DNA of 43,683 nucleotides from a virus: the IMG/VR virus record IMGVR_UViG_3300043478_000025. One strand, 5' to 3'. How positions within the stretch are numbered: position 1 is the stretch's first letter; every line of letters starts with the position of its first letter. Positions 31,756 to 42,100 of this stretch are shown here, one piece after another. Position numbers and translations under genes: made by a program. Under the pieces are notes generated by a model, which had not been told where the DNA came from, did no database searches, and was given only the letters and a program-made list of their open reading frames with translations.

Positions 31756-33472
31756 CGACCTCAAAGAGCACACCATCCGTAAGTTCAAAGGAATGAATGC
31801 TTCACGTAATTCTGCCGTGAAGAGTGAGTCCTTCGGCCCCGCCGAAGATCAAATGGTTGACATCAACAATTTCAATGTCAACCCAAGAGGTTATTTAGAG
31901 AAGCGCTGGGGAGTTCAGGAACTCACTAGAATCGTCAATCCCGCAGTGGGTACTGGCGGTCTACGGATAATCGGTATACAACGCGGTACTTTTGGACCAG
32001 CCAGCGGTACGCTAAACATTTCCACGTATAACTACATTCTGGTGACAGATGACGTTAATTTGTGGCGAGTTAACGTACAGACCGGCGAATACCAAAGTAT
32101 TAACATAGGTCACGGTGGCGGTGCGGTTGCGAAAGCACAATGGGCCGCTGAATACGGCGGCCTCAATTCAGCCTCTGCCTACACCGTAACTGTAGTGCGT
32201 CAAGGTACTGGTTTAACGTCTGCGATGGGCGGATTCCTCAGTATCGGTGTCGCTAATAACATCGTCGAAACTCCGGGTTGGATACCTAACACACCTATAG
32301 GCACGCATATCACCATTTTCAAGGATCGTGCCTTCGTCATCAATTCAAACGGCAGTACTGAACTTACCGGTAACGAAACCAAAGTCTGGTATTCTGGAGC
32401 AACGAATCTGGCGGACTTCGGCGGCGTCGCCATGCGAAACTTTAACCTGGACTTTGGCGACGGTGATTATCTAATCGCCACAGTGCCGTTCAATGACCAA
32501 CTGTATTGCTTCAAGACACGTAAAATTTTCTCTGTCAGTCCAGAAGGACAGCCTGCTGACTGGCAATACAAATTGATTTCGGATCGAATCGGTTGTGTAG
32601 GTCGCGGTACGGTAAAGGTTATCGACGGTAAGCTCTATTTTCTGAGTCTGGAGGGTGTAGTTCGTTTCGACGGCGCCCAGGCTGAGCTTATTTCGGAGAA
32701 CGTCAAGGATCTGCTAGAACAGTACCGAGACTTCAAAGATCCAGGCTTGGCGATGAATATGTACGCCTCGCACTGGCAGAATAAGTATATCCTCTGGATG
32801 CCCAGGGACACTGGCGAGGGTTGGGCTTATGACGGTGCGCTGGTATTCGATATCGCGTCTTCTACTTGGACTAGATGGACGCTAGCTAATAACGTACAAG
32901 CATTCAGTGAGGCTAGGTTCTCTGATCTAGGTACTGATTCTCTCTTCTTCGGTACAAACTATACCTCCGGTACCAAGAAGAACCGTATTTGGAAGATGAG
33001 TTCTGAGTCTTGGTCTGATGACGGCATAGCCTTTACTAGCTCATTCAGAACTAAGAAGCTGGACTTTGGTGCTCCTGTAGCACAGAAGCGCATGTTTGCG
33101 TGCGGGGTAACCGTTAAGAATGAACCTACGGATACTACGCCCGCCGGTGGTGCGATTTACCAGATAAGTAATTTCACAGACGATATGTTCGGATATTCTA
33201 CAGCGTATTATGAACCTGTCAAGTTCGGAGTCACTAATTTTCTAGGCCAGCCTCCCAGAAGTCCTTTCAGGTACTGCTACACCTCCGTTACATTGATGCG
33301 TTCTTTGGCTTATTCGGCTGTGTACGACATAACATGGCTTGCAGAAGAACGCGGTATTGAACCATATTCCCGCCCAGGTGGAAGCAAAGTCGAGCAAATT
33401 CCGGCCGCCAACATCGCTAAGGCAGGACCGGACAATAACTGTAAGCTAACCTCCGGATATCTGTTGAGGTAA
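31748..33472 (+). CDS. Tail structural protein, paralogue A1 (574 aa)
   Basis: Shares long conserved blocks with 34633..36204, e.g. KVWYSGATNLADFGGVAMRNFNLDFGDGDYLIATVPFNDQLYCFKT ... WQYKLISDRIGCVGRGTVKVIDGKLYFLSLEGVVRFDG. Confidence 0.6.
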   Translation: MRSDLKEHTIRKFKGMNASRNSAVKSESFGPAEDQMVDINNFNVNPRGYLEKRWGVQELTRIVNPAVGTGGLRIIGIQRGTFGPASGTLNISTYNYILVTDDVNLWRVNVQTGEYQSINIGHGGGAVAKAQWAAEYGGLNSASAYTVTVVRQGTGLTSAMGGFLSIGVANNIVETPGWIPNTPIGTHITIFKDRAFVINSNGSTELTGNETKVWYSGATNLADFGGVAMRNFNLDFGDGDYLIATVPFNDQLYCFKTRKIFSVSPEGQPADWQYKLISDRIGCVGRGTVKVIDGKLYFLSLEGVVRFDGAQAELISENVKDLLEQYRDFKDPGLAMNMYASHWQNKYILWMPRDTGEGWAYDGALVFDIASSTWTRWTLANNVQAFSEARFSDLGTDSLFFGTNYTSGTKKNRIWKMSSESWSDDGIAFTSSFRTKKLDFGAPVAQKRMFACGVTVKNEPTDTTPAGGAIYQISNFTDDMFGYSTAYYEPVKFGVTNFLGQPPRSPFRYCYTSVTLMRSLAYSAVYDITWLAEERGIEPYSRPGGSKVEQIPAANIAKAGPDNNCKLTSGYLLR

Positions 33473-33473
33473 A

Positions 33474-34052
33474 ATGCCAACCAAAACCTGGCAATCTGGC
33501 GAAGAAATCAAAGCCGCTGACGTCAACCAATACCTGCAAGTACAGGCTGTTCAGGTCTTCGCCGACGCTGCTGCCAGAACTACTGCCGTTCCAACGCCTA
33601 CAGTTGGAATGACCTCGTACTTGATTAGTACGGGTGCTCTTGAGATCTTCACAGATAAGACGTCTCCGGCGTCATGGCGTCCTCCTTGGAATACCTCCTG
33701 GGGGCTAATGCATAATGCTGCCGTCGCAGACATTACCTGGACTAACTCGAACCAGTTTCTCGTGCCTACTCTGCCTTGTAATCTACCGGGACGGTATTAC
33801 AAAGTAGAGTTAGACATAAATATCGCTATCGGTGCTCCGCAGGCTCAAACAGCCACCATGCAGTTCATGAACGGGGCTCTTAGTGGGACGTTCGGTCAAT
33901 GGGCTCAGAACCAAGGATGGTGGATCAGAGCCTGTCTCGGAGAAATTGTAATCGGCCAAACCTCCAATGACATTCGCATTGTAGGACGAATAGATTTTGC
34001 CGCAACTACTAACTGGGGCCGTGTTCGAGTCTTTGATGTGGGGCCGGTCTAA
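33474..34052 (+). CDS. Tail fibre / receptor-binding-like protein, paralogue B1 (192 aa)
   Basis: The N-terminal ~80 aa (MPTKTWQSGEEIKAADVNQYLQ ... PTVGMTSYL ... PPWNTSWGL) and the C-terminal RVRVFDVGPV are shared with B2. The middle is diverged. Confidence 0.55.
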   Translation: MPTKTWQSGEEIKAADVNQYLQVQAVQVFADAAARTTAVPTPTVGMTSYLISTGALEIFTDKTSPASWRPPWNTSWGLMHNAAVADITWTNSNQFLVPTLPCNLPGRYYKVELDINIAIGAPQAQTATMQFMNGALSGTFGQWAQNQGWWIRACLGEIVIGQTSNDIRIVGRIDFAATTNWGRVRVFDVGPV

Positions 34053-34633
34053 TGCCTACTAAAACTTGGGCAGCAGGCGAGGATTTCAACGCCGTTGACA
34101 TCAATTCGTACTTGCAGAATCAGATGGTTTTGCAGTTCGCTAATACCACTGAGCGAGCATCGGAGATACCGAATCCAACCGTAGGGATGGTTTCGTTTCT
34201 GTCTTCTACCGGTGGGTTTGAGGTCTTTACCGACAAAACTACACCACCCTCCTGGAAGCCTCCGTGGAATACGGCTTGGGGTCTTGTTCGTGGTGCTATG
34301 GTCTACGACATTCCGCTCACGGTAAGCCCTGCATGGATATTAACGCAGCTACCTGTACAGGTAGCAGGGCGCAAGTACAAGATAGAGTATGACGTCAACC
34401 TGATTGCTGCTAATACAGGTTTCATGGAAATTAAGTACCAGACTGCCGCAGGCTACGATCTTCAACTCTTGGTCACTAACTATTCCAACTGGCCTAAGCG
34501 TGAGAACGTATGGCAATGTTTCGACGGAGCCCCTACTAATGTCGTCGGTATCATTGGTGCTGCTTGGGCAGACGCCGTTACGGCGGTCATGAGTTACGGT
34601 AGAGTTCGAGTCTTCGATATGGGGCCGATATAG
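34052..34633 (+). CDS. Tail fibre / receptor-binding-like protein, paralogue B2 (193 aa)
   Basis: MPTKTWAAGEDFNAVDINSYLQ ... PTVGMVSFL ... PPWNTAWGL ... RVRVFDMGPI. ATGA-type overlap with B1. Confidence 0.55.
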   Translation: MPTKTWAAGEDFNAVDINSYLQNQMVLQFANTTERASEIPNPTVGMVSFLSSTGGFEVFTDKTTPPSWKPPWNTAWGLVRGAMVYDIPLTVSPAWILTQLPVQVAGRKYKIEYDVNLIAANTGFMEIKYQTAAGYDLQLLVTNYSNWPKRENVWQCFDGAPTNVVGIIGAAWADAVTAVMSYGRVRVFDMGPI

Positions 34634-36204
34634 TGCTGGGTAGAGCGTTCAAGCCAGTCACGATCAAGAAATTCAAGGGCATGAACACGGCTCTGTCTGG
34701 TTCAGTTCCAGAAGCGTACTCTCAGGATGACCAAGAACTAGCCGAACTCATCAACTTCAACACCAACACCGACGGTTATTTAGAGAAGCGTAAGGGTGCT
34801 AACCTCGTTGCTTCCATAACGGCACCCTATACTCCCACTAAACTGCGTGTAGTTTACCTACAGCGCACTCGTGTAGGTTCGCTTTCTAACCGAATATTCG
34901 TAACAGACGACACCGAAACCTGGCGACTAAGCGCAGCCGGTGGGGCTGCAACTAGACTAACTCTGGCTGGTGGTCCTCTAAGTTCTCTACAGTCAATGGT
35001 TGAATATGGTGGAGTTAACTCTGCTACGGCGTATAACTGTACCGGAGTTCGTTGGTGGCCTACACAGGTCCCGGCCGAAATGGCTACCGGTGTCATAGGT
35101 TTCTACGGCGATACTTCTGTAGGTCAAGCCGGACCTATAACTAATTCGCCGATTGGCACCCAAATCAGTCTCTTCAAGAACCGTGGCTGGATCATCAACA
35201 CGATGGGCAAGTACAATTCCTCTGGCCATGAGACGAAAGTGTGGTATTCAGCCGCTACTAACCTTAGTGACTGGGGTGGAGCCGCACTTTCTAACTTCAA
35301 CCTGGATTTCGGTGACGGCGACTTTTTGGTAGCTATGCTGCCGTTCAATGAGCAAATGTTTTTCTTCAAGACCAAGAAGACCTACATGGTATCTGCCGAC
35401 GGTCCACCAAGTAACTGGCAGTACCGATTGATTTCTGACAGGATCGGGTGTGTAGGTCGAGGAACCGTCAAAGTCATCAATAACATCATCTACTTCCTTA
35501 GTGTAGATGGTGTAGTTCGTACTGACGGCGTCACGTTCCAGAACATTTCAGATCCAATCCGAGACTTCTTCGATTCCTACAGGGATTACTGGAAGCCCGA
35601 GACGGCGATGAATCTGTACGCCTCTTATTGGGACTTCAAGTACATTCTCTGGATGCCTTCTAGCAACGGTACCATCAATACAGCTCTTGTATTCGATGTG
35701 CGAACCGAAGGCTGGACGATGTATAAACTAGGCGGCGGAGTAACCGCCTTGGGTGAAGTTCTCTGGGATGAGCATTACCCAGAAACACTGCTTTTCGGGT
35801 CTTCTACTGGGAATCAGATCTGGTCGTTCGGTGTTAACGTCTACAAGGATAACTCTGTAGATTTCGATTGTACGTTCACTACTAAGAAGTACGATTTCGA
35901 CTCAGCTATGAAGAAGAAGCGCAATCATCTAGTCGGCTTGTCTGTAGGGGATGTAAACACGTTTCAGCCTGGTAGTATTACCGTAAGCAACACCGCAGAC
36001 GACAACGTGACTACTACCAGAACCGAAGTACCCAGTGTTAGCGGCGCAATGAATGTTAAAGCTCGGGGCTCAGGATACGGCAGATACTTCCAGGCTAAAG
36101 TTCAACATAAGTCGGGTAGCTTCATTGCCGTATACGATCTTACGTTCATGAATGAAGACCGATCCTTCGAGCCGAAGTCTAGTCCGCCAGTGAAGACCGC
36201 ATGA
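34633..36204 (+). CDS. Tail structural protein, paralogue A2 (523 aa, GTG start)
   Basis: KVWYSAATNLSDWGGAALSNFNLDFGDGDFLVAMLPFNEQMFFFKT ... WQYRLISDRIGCVGRGTVKVINNIIYFLSVDGVVRTDG, colinear with A1. Confidence 0.6.
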   Translation: MLGRAFKPVTIKKFKGMNTALSGSVPEAYSQDDQELAELINFNTNTDGYLEKRKGANLVASITAPYTPTKLRVVYLQRTRVGSLSNRIFVTDDTETWRLSAAGGAATRLTLAGGPLSSLQSMVEYGGVNSATAYNCTGVRWWPTQVPAEMATGVIGFYGDTSVGQAGPITNSPIGTQISLFKNRGWIINTMGKYNSSGHETKVWYSAATNLSDWGGAALSNFNLDFGDGDFLVAMLPFNEQMFFFKTKKTYMVSADGPPSNWQYRLISDRIGCVGRGTVKVINNIIYFLSVDGVVRTDGVTFQNISDPIRDFFDSYRDYWKPETAMNLYASYWDFKYILWMPSSNGTINTALVFDVRTEGWTMYKLGGGVTALGEVLWDEHYPETLLFGSSTGNQIWSFGVNVYKDNSVDFDCTFTTKKYDFDSAMKKKRNHLVGLSVGDVNTFQPGSITVSNTADDNVTTTRTEVPSVSGAMNVKARGSGYGRYFQAKVQHKSGSFIAVYDLTFMNEDRSFEPKSSPPVKTA

Positions 36205-36653
36205 GTATTTACTTAGACCTCATTCCACCACCTCAATTCGACCGATCGTTGGTCGCCTACACCGTAGGTAATTTCGGTCGCATCAAGGACGCTCTAGTTA
36301 GAGCATCCGGGCGTACTTACGTTTTCAACGTTCAATCTACCGGTGCTTGGCCCAAGAGCTTCACTATTACACACCCATTTAGAGCGGACGTTCTAGTCAC
36401 ATACGGTGCTACTTGTTGGGCTAATGCTGTAGGAATGGCCGGAACCGCACTTCAATTAGATGGTGGTTTCGTAGGTACCTGGGGCTATTACTTTATGAAC
36501 GAAGCTTCTTCGCACAAACAAACTACAGGTGCTCACGTCGCACGAAATTTAGCTGCTGGTGACCATCAGTGGACAATTACTATTCCAGCAGGCAATACTT
36601 CTTCTGACGGTAATGACTGGGGTTGGATCGCATTCACAATGACCGAGGTGTAG
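36201..36653 (+). CDS. Virion-module hypothetical protein (150 aa)
   Basis: ORF-track ORF with a 4-nt overlap to the upstream gene. Confidence 0.65.
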   Translation: MSIYLDLIPPPQFDRSLVAYTVGNFGRIKDALVRASGRTYVFNVQSTGAWPKSFTITHPFRADVLVTYGATCWANAVGMAGTALQLDGGFVGTWGYYFMNEASSHKQTTGAHVARNLAAGDHQWTITIPAGNTSSDGNDWGWIAFTMTEV

Positions 36654-36656
36654 GCC

Positions 36657-36893
36657 ATGAATTTACAGGAAATGCTCATGGGCCTACAAGGTCCACCGAC
36701 AGCATCACAGAAGGTATTCGATCCACGAGGTTTAACAGGGGAGATGGCGAGAGGTAGTAATGTTTACCTCGGTGGCCTTCCCGCCGCACCGGGAGCCGGA
36801 CGACCAAGAAAACCAGCACCGGTCAACGCACAACAAATGAATCCGGCGCTCATGGCAGCGATCAATAAGAGGTTGGCTGGCTATGCCCATTAA
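36657..36893 (+). CDS. Virion-module hypothetical protein (78 aa)
   Basis: ORF-track ORF tightly packed in the late operon. Confidence 0.6.
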   Translation: MNLQEMLMGLQGPPTASQKVFDPRGLTGEMARGSNVYLGGLPAAPGAGRPRKPAPVNAQQMNPALMAAINKRLAGYAH

Positions 36894-37920
36894 CCAATAC
36901 GGTCTACAGACATCAGACGACCAGAATAAACTGGGGACTTCCGGTACTGGAATCATCGACTCCGGAAACCAACAAGCCTCGGGGCCTGTAGGACAGCAGA
37001 GTCCTTTCAGTGCAGTAACTCCTGGACAAATTTCTGCTGCCGGTGCTGCTCCCGTACTTCCTACAGTTCAGCAGTACGCCTTCAATCCTAAGTACGCTGC
37101 TCAGAGCCAGGCTCTTGAGCAGATGTTAGCGGATAAGCAGCTAGAGCAAAACAACCAGTTGTTCGCTGCCCAACAGGACTTCGATCGACAGAAAACTGAT
37201 GCCGGAACTACACGTCAGAAAGCTTTAGATGCTCTGATCGCTAAGTTTGCAACATCCGGTATGATCGGATCTACCGCTGACGCCGAGACTCGCGGTGATC
37301 TTGAGACTAACTATAACAAGTATCTAAGCGATCTAGCACTTGGGCTAGGAAACACTCAACAAGGTATTAGAGGCAACTACGCTAATACCGTTCGAGATGT
37401 GAACTTCCAGCGTGCTGATATGTGGAGCAAGCAAGGCGAGGAAGATCTAGCTGAACGACGTCGTCAAGACGAAATTCGTCTTCAAGGCGAACGAGATAGA
37501 GCAGCCGCTGATAACGCTCGAATGATCGCAGATTCAAACAGAGCAGCCGCAGAAGCAGCCGCTAACAATCGTCCCGTAATTAACATTCCGTCTCCTTATG
37601 CTCCTGGTGGTGGGGGCGGAGGTGGTGGAGGCGGTGGTGGCGGTGGAGGTGGAGCAGGCGGAGGTGGTTTTGGATGGAACATTCCGTGGGCTGGGATTGC
37701 ACCGTCTGATTCCTACCAAGACATCGTGAACCAGATCGCTTTGCTTGGTCAATCCGGTGCTAGTCATCAGCTAAGTCTGTTGTATTCTGCTCCGGAAATG
37801 CAGGGACAGAACGTTGCTGATCTTAAGAAGAACCTTGGTAGTGCAATCTACAAGGCTTCGACACCCGGCGCACCAGGATATATGCCCACGGATTACTCTA
37901 ATCCTGGAGGTTTCTGGTAA
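36883..37920 (+). CDS. Putative internal virion/ejection protein with a coiled-coil region and a poly-Gly tract (345 aa)
   Basis: Position before two further large proteins resembles a podovirus internal-core set. A Gly run is encoded at 37606-37668. Confidence 0.45.
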   Translation: MPINQYGLQTSDDQNKLGTSGTGIIDSGNQQASGPVGQQSPFSAVTPGQISAAGAAPVLPTVQQYAFNPKYAAQSQALEQMLADKQLEQNNQLFAAQQDFDRQKTDAGTTRQKALDALIAKFATSGMIGSTADAETRGDLETNYNKYLSDLALGLGNTQQGIRGNYANTVRDVNFQRADMWSKQGEEDLAERRRQDEIRLQGERDRAAADNARMIADSNRAAAEAAANNRPVINIPSPYAPGGGGGGGGGGGGGGGGAGGGGFGWNIPWAGIAPSDSYQDIVNQIALLGQSGASHQLSLLYSAPEMQGQNVADLKKNLGSAIYKASTPGAPGYMPTDYSNPGGFW

Positions 37921-39152
37921 TGGCTGACCCAGGTCTATGGGATGCCGCACAAGCAAATATTGCGGTAAAGTACGATCCCCAACAAGCAGCACTACAGCGG
38001 CAGCTTGAACTGTCGCAGAAGAACACAGCTTCGAGTGAACAAGCTATTCAGGGTTTCGGCAACACTGGGCGAACGAACATCGGGACCAACTTCGCTACCC
38101 TGTACGGTCTTCTCGGAGCGAATAAAACAGATACACAGAACGCTCTGAATCAGCAAGTAGATTTGACGAATCAAGGCTACGATCAAGCGATTAAGAACAT
38201 TCAAGGATACCAGCAGGGATCCAGGGATTACATCGCTCAGATGGCTGCGGCTCTAGGCCAGTCTGGACAAGGACTAGTTTCCTCTGGTAAGTTGGAAGAC
38301 GTAGCGAACCAGCAGCTAGGCTACGCCCAAGGAGCCAGAACAAACTACGGAAGCACCCTATCTGACTGGGTTGCTAAGATGGGTTCTCTGGCTGATATGG
38401 GGATCGCCAGCGCTCATCAAAACGAAGCATTGAAGCTGTCGGGCTTTGAGTCCGATCTGCTCAACATGCTTGGTCAGAACAAGCTCGCGGGAACCACACA
38501 AGAAACAGATGTAATCAATAAGATCGCTGATCTGATGAACGTCAGACAGAGCGATCTGGTAGATATGTACAACCAGCTTGTTGCAGCACAATGGCAACGA
38601 GATTTCGAGCAGGCTAAGCTCAATGAACAGGCTTCTGAACACGCAGCATCTCTTGCAAACGCTAGGGATATTGCAGCTATGCAAGAATCGGGAGCTAACT
38701 CTCGTGCCGCTGCTGCGAAGGACGATTCGCTGGATTGGGCTAAGTTCAATGAGGGTGTACGACAGTTCAACCTAGGCCGTGAAGATACGGCGAGTTCTTC
38801 TGCAGCCACAAACGCCTTCAATGAACGAGAGTTCCAGGCTAAGTATCCAGGAACAGGTGATCCTAGTGCGCTCACTGGTATGATCGACTCTGGTCTTATC
38901 AGTGCAAATGATCCTGGTGCGGCAAATGCTTGGTTGACCGGCGGACCTCAAGGACTACAGACCTACAACAGCAATCAAGCTGGATTGAAGCAGGTCCAGG
39001 ATATGCTTCAAGGTCTAGGTAGAAGTGTAGGTGGCGGCGACGGCTTCTGGGGTACCAGAAATACCAACGGCGATCCTTGGGGATGGGATCAAGCGCAGGG
39101 TGTAGGTAACTGGGTAAGCAATAACTGGAACAAGTGGCCTTGGGATTACTAA
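37920..39152 (+). CDS. Putative internal virion protein (410 aa, Q/N/G/A-rich)
   Basis: Call rests on position and composition. TAATG overlap with the upstream stop. Confidence 0.45.
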   Translation: MADPGLWDAAQANIAVKYDPQQAALQRQLELSQKNTASSEQAIQGFGNTGRTNIGTNFATLYGLLGANKTDTQNALNQQVDLTNQGYDQAIKNIQGYQQGSRDYIAQMAAALGQSGQGLVSSGKLEDVANQQLGYAQGARTNYGSTLSDWVAKMGSLADMGIASAHQNEALKLSGFESDLLNMLGQNKLAGTTQETDVINKIADLMNVRQSDLVDMYNQLVAAQWQRDFEQAKLNEQASEHAASLANARDIAAMQESGANSRAAAAKDDSLDWAKFNEGVRQFNLGREDTASSSAATNAFNEREFQAKYPGTGDPSALTGMIDSGLISANDPGAANAWLTGGPQGLQTYNSNQAGLKQVQDMLQGLGRSVGGGDGFWGTRNTNGDPWGWDQAQGVGNWVSNNWNKWPWDY

Positions 39153-39155
39153 TCT

Positions 39156-42100
39156 ATGGCTTCTAAGCAGCTAACCCAAGACGAAATTATGAAGATGAGC
39201 CAGTATCTTCGGCAACAACGAGCCGAAGGTGGGTCGCCTCATAGGATTCAGCAGGACCCTCTCGGAGCAAAAGGAGAGGGTCTAAAGCAGGCTGGATTAG
39301 GTGCTTTGAAGACTACTTTCAACGTTTTGGACCAGTTGAAGTCGTCGATTACTACAGGACTCTACGAATCCTTTAACGAGAAGAACCGAGCTAGTCTTTC
39401 TACTGATCCCTTTGTAGGCTTCTGGGAAGGGTTGACAGGCAAGAGACACACGTCTGTTTCGGATATTCTCAAGGACGACTTCGGGGTTAAGAACAAGGTA
39501 GCACTCGGCGTCGGTGGGTTTGTAGGAGACATTGCTCTAGATCCTCTTACTTACGTCGGACTAGCACCACTCAAAGGCATATCTACCGGCGAAGCTACTT
39601 TGCGAGCTACACAGCAAATCGGCAAAGCAGTCGAAGAAGGTACTCTGGCTGCGGAACACATGCCGCAGGCTGTAGCTGATTTAGCCAAACAGCTCGGTAA
39701 AGAGAACCCGTATAAGTTCAAGGTTGAAGTCGGTCTGCCAGGCCGTAAGATAGGTGTAGCAGAAGTTAGACAGCCGGAAGTAGTCAACAAGCTTCGTGAG
39801 TTCGTCAAGGGTCCTGAAGGAGAAGCACGAGGATTTGTTAAGGCGCTCTCTCGTAATGCCGAAGAGCCATTTGGACTAGCTAGCGAGTCACGAACTATCC
39901 AAAGCGACTTTGCGGGGAAAATGAACCGCAATCAGCGGGCTCTACTGAAACTACACAATGAAGTAGACTACGGCTCACGTCGCATCGCAGCACTAGCTTA
40001 TGAAAATCCTGAGTACTTCAATGAAGTCAAGGATGTTCCGCTAATAACCCAGGATACTGTAGGCGGTCTTGCTGGCAGAATCATGCGTATGGGTCGAGGC
40101 GAGACTAGCGCCCTTATGGAAGCCCGAGATGGCGGCATTAATACGATCGGTGAGTACGTAGATTATGTGCGTAGTCATCGTCGTATGATGACGGAGAAAG
40201 AAATGGAAGCTGGGATGCACCGTCATCTCCTTCCTACACAACAAGAAGCCTCCCAGCCCAGTCTGTTTAGTCTGAGTGAGTACCGTAAGCCGACAGGTAG
40301 AATTTCTCGGAGTAAGAATGTTATCGAGTGGCAGGATCTTTCCAGAGGCGAGAAAGATGCCATTCTAGATAGTACAAATCAGCTACTCCCCAAGCGTGTA
40401 CTAAAGCCTAAAGAGCTAGAGATTATTCGAGGCCAGAACAAGCAACTCGGCAAAGCCGGCGAGTCGTATGTGTCCCCCAATATGACGCCATTTGAGGGTC
40501 CGAATGGACTTCTCAGTACCCGTGCTGACCCTGTAGTTGACATTGGTGAGTCCCATATCACTTCGATGGCTAACTCATTCCGGGATCAAACCCAAGCTAA
40601 GATCGTCCGCAGAGCCTTGGAAACCATCGGAATAAAGGCTGATTCCGTCGAAGGCAGGGCGATGTTAGACAACCTAGCCGCCAAGGAGTCTATGGGCATT
40701 CGTTGGACTAACGTTCAACGTGGAAAGGGCGGAAACGCACTACTTAACGAAGTAGCCCAACACTCAGATTTTAAGAATATGGTGATTCCTGAGCCGATCC
40801 AGAGGCTCCTGAATACTCAACACGAGATTCTTAATAACGACGACCTCGGTGCTAAGTTCATGCAGCACTTTGATCGTGTAATGAGCCATTGGAAGGCGCT
40901 CAACACTACGCTAAATCCAGGCTACATGACTAGAAACGCCGTAAGTGATGTGATTGCTAACTTCGCCGACGGCGTTTTCGATCCTCGCAGGTACCTACAG
41001 GCTCACCAGGTGCTCTCGGAAATTAAGAAGAACGACGTTATTGACCTAGCCGAAACGCTTCGTGATCCAACTTCTGCACTTCATGTACCTAACCTAAGCG
41101 CTCCATCTGACGTAGCCATCCGCATCGGCGGACGTGCTCATAACCCACGAGAGATTTGGAATGCTGGCACAGAGAACGGCGTCTTCTCTGGTGAAATTGT
41201 TACTGAGAGAATGAAGGGTGCTGTAGGAGACCCCGGTGCTGTAGGAGTCTCTAAGGACCCCGGAACTGCCCTCAAATTTGCCAACATCAAGGACACGCTA
41301 GACAAGAACGTAAAGCAGACCGCTTCTAATGCACTTAACCTTGCTGAAGCTAGGATGGCTGATGTAAACATAGCAAGAGAGACAAACCAGCGATACGCTC
41401 ACTTCATTGACCGTTATGACAAGGAAGTGACGAGCGGTCTAAAGAGCTACGCTAAGGAACACAAAATAGGTTCTAGGAATTTAGAGGCTATTCGTGCACA
41501 CATGGGCACAGAAGCCGCTACGCAACTAGAACAGAAAGCTGCTAAGACGGCAGCAGAGAGAGTTCGTAAGTTCAACATCGACTACGGTTCGTTGTCATCG
41601 TTTGAGAAGAAATACATGAAGCGGTTGATTCCGTTCTACAGCTTCTTCCGTAAGAACGCACCCCTACAGATGTCGATGTTGTTCACCAAGCCTGGCTTCA
41701 TGAATGCTTACCCAAAGACCTTCGAGGCCATTCAAAACGTAATCGGAACAAATGACGGCAACGGTGACTGGATGGTTCCTGATTGGATTCGGGAATCCAT
41801 GCCAGTGCGTTTGGCTGTAGCTGGTTCCCAGGGAAACATTGTTAGCCAAATCGCTCGGTTCGCCTCTGGTGCTTCTGACGACACTTCTGTGTTCTTGCCT
41901 ATGATGCAAGGACTTATGCCTGCATCTGATGTCGGTACGGTTCTTGGCCCACTACAAAGAGCTTACGACACGCACAGTGTTAACCAGGGTGTTCAGGCGA
42001 TTGCACAGAACTCAGCCAACATGGCGAACCCCGCTTTGAAGATGTGGTTTGAGAAAGCTACAGGTACGAATGCAAGTACCGGTGGTCCTATTGAACCGAG

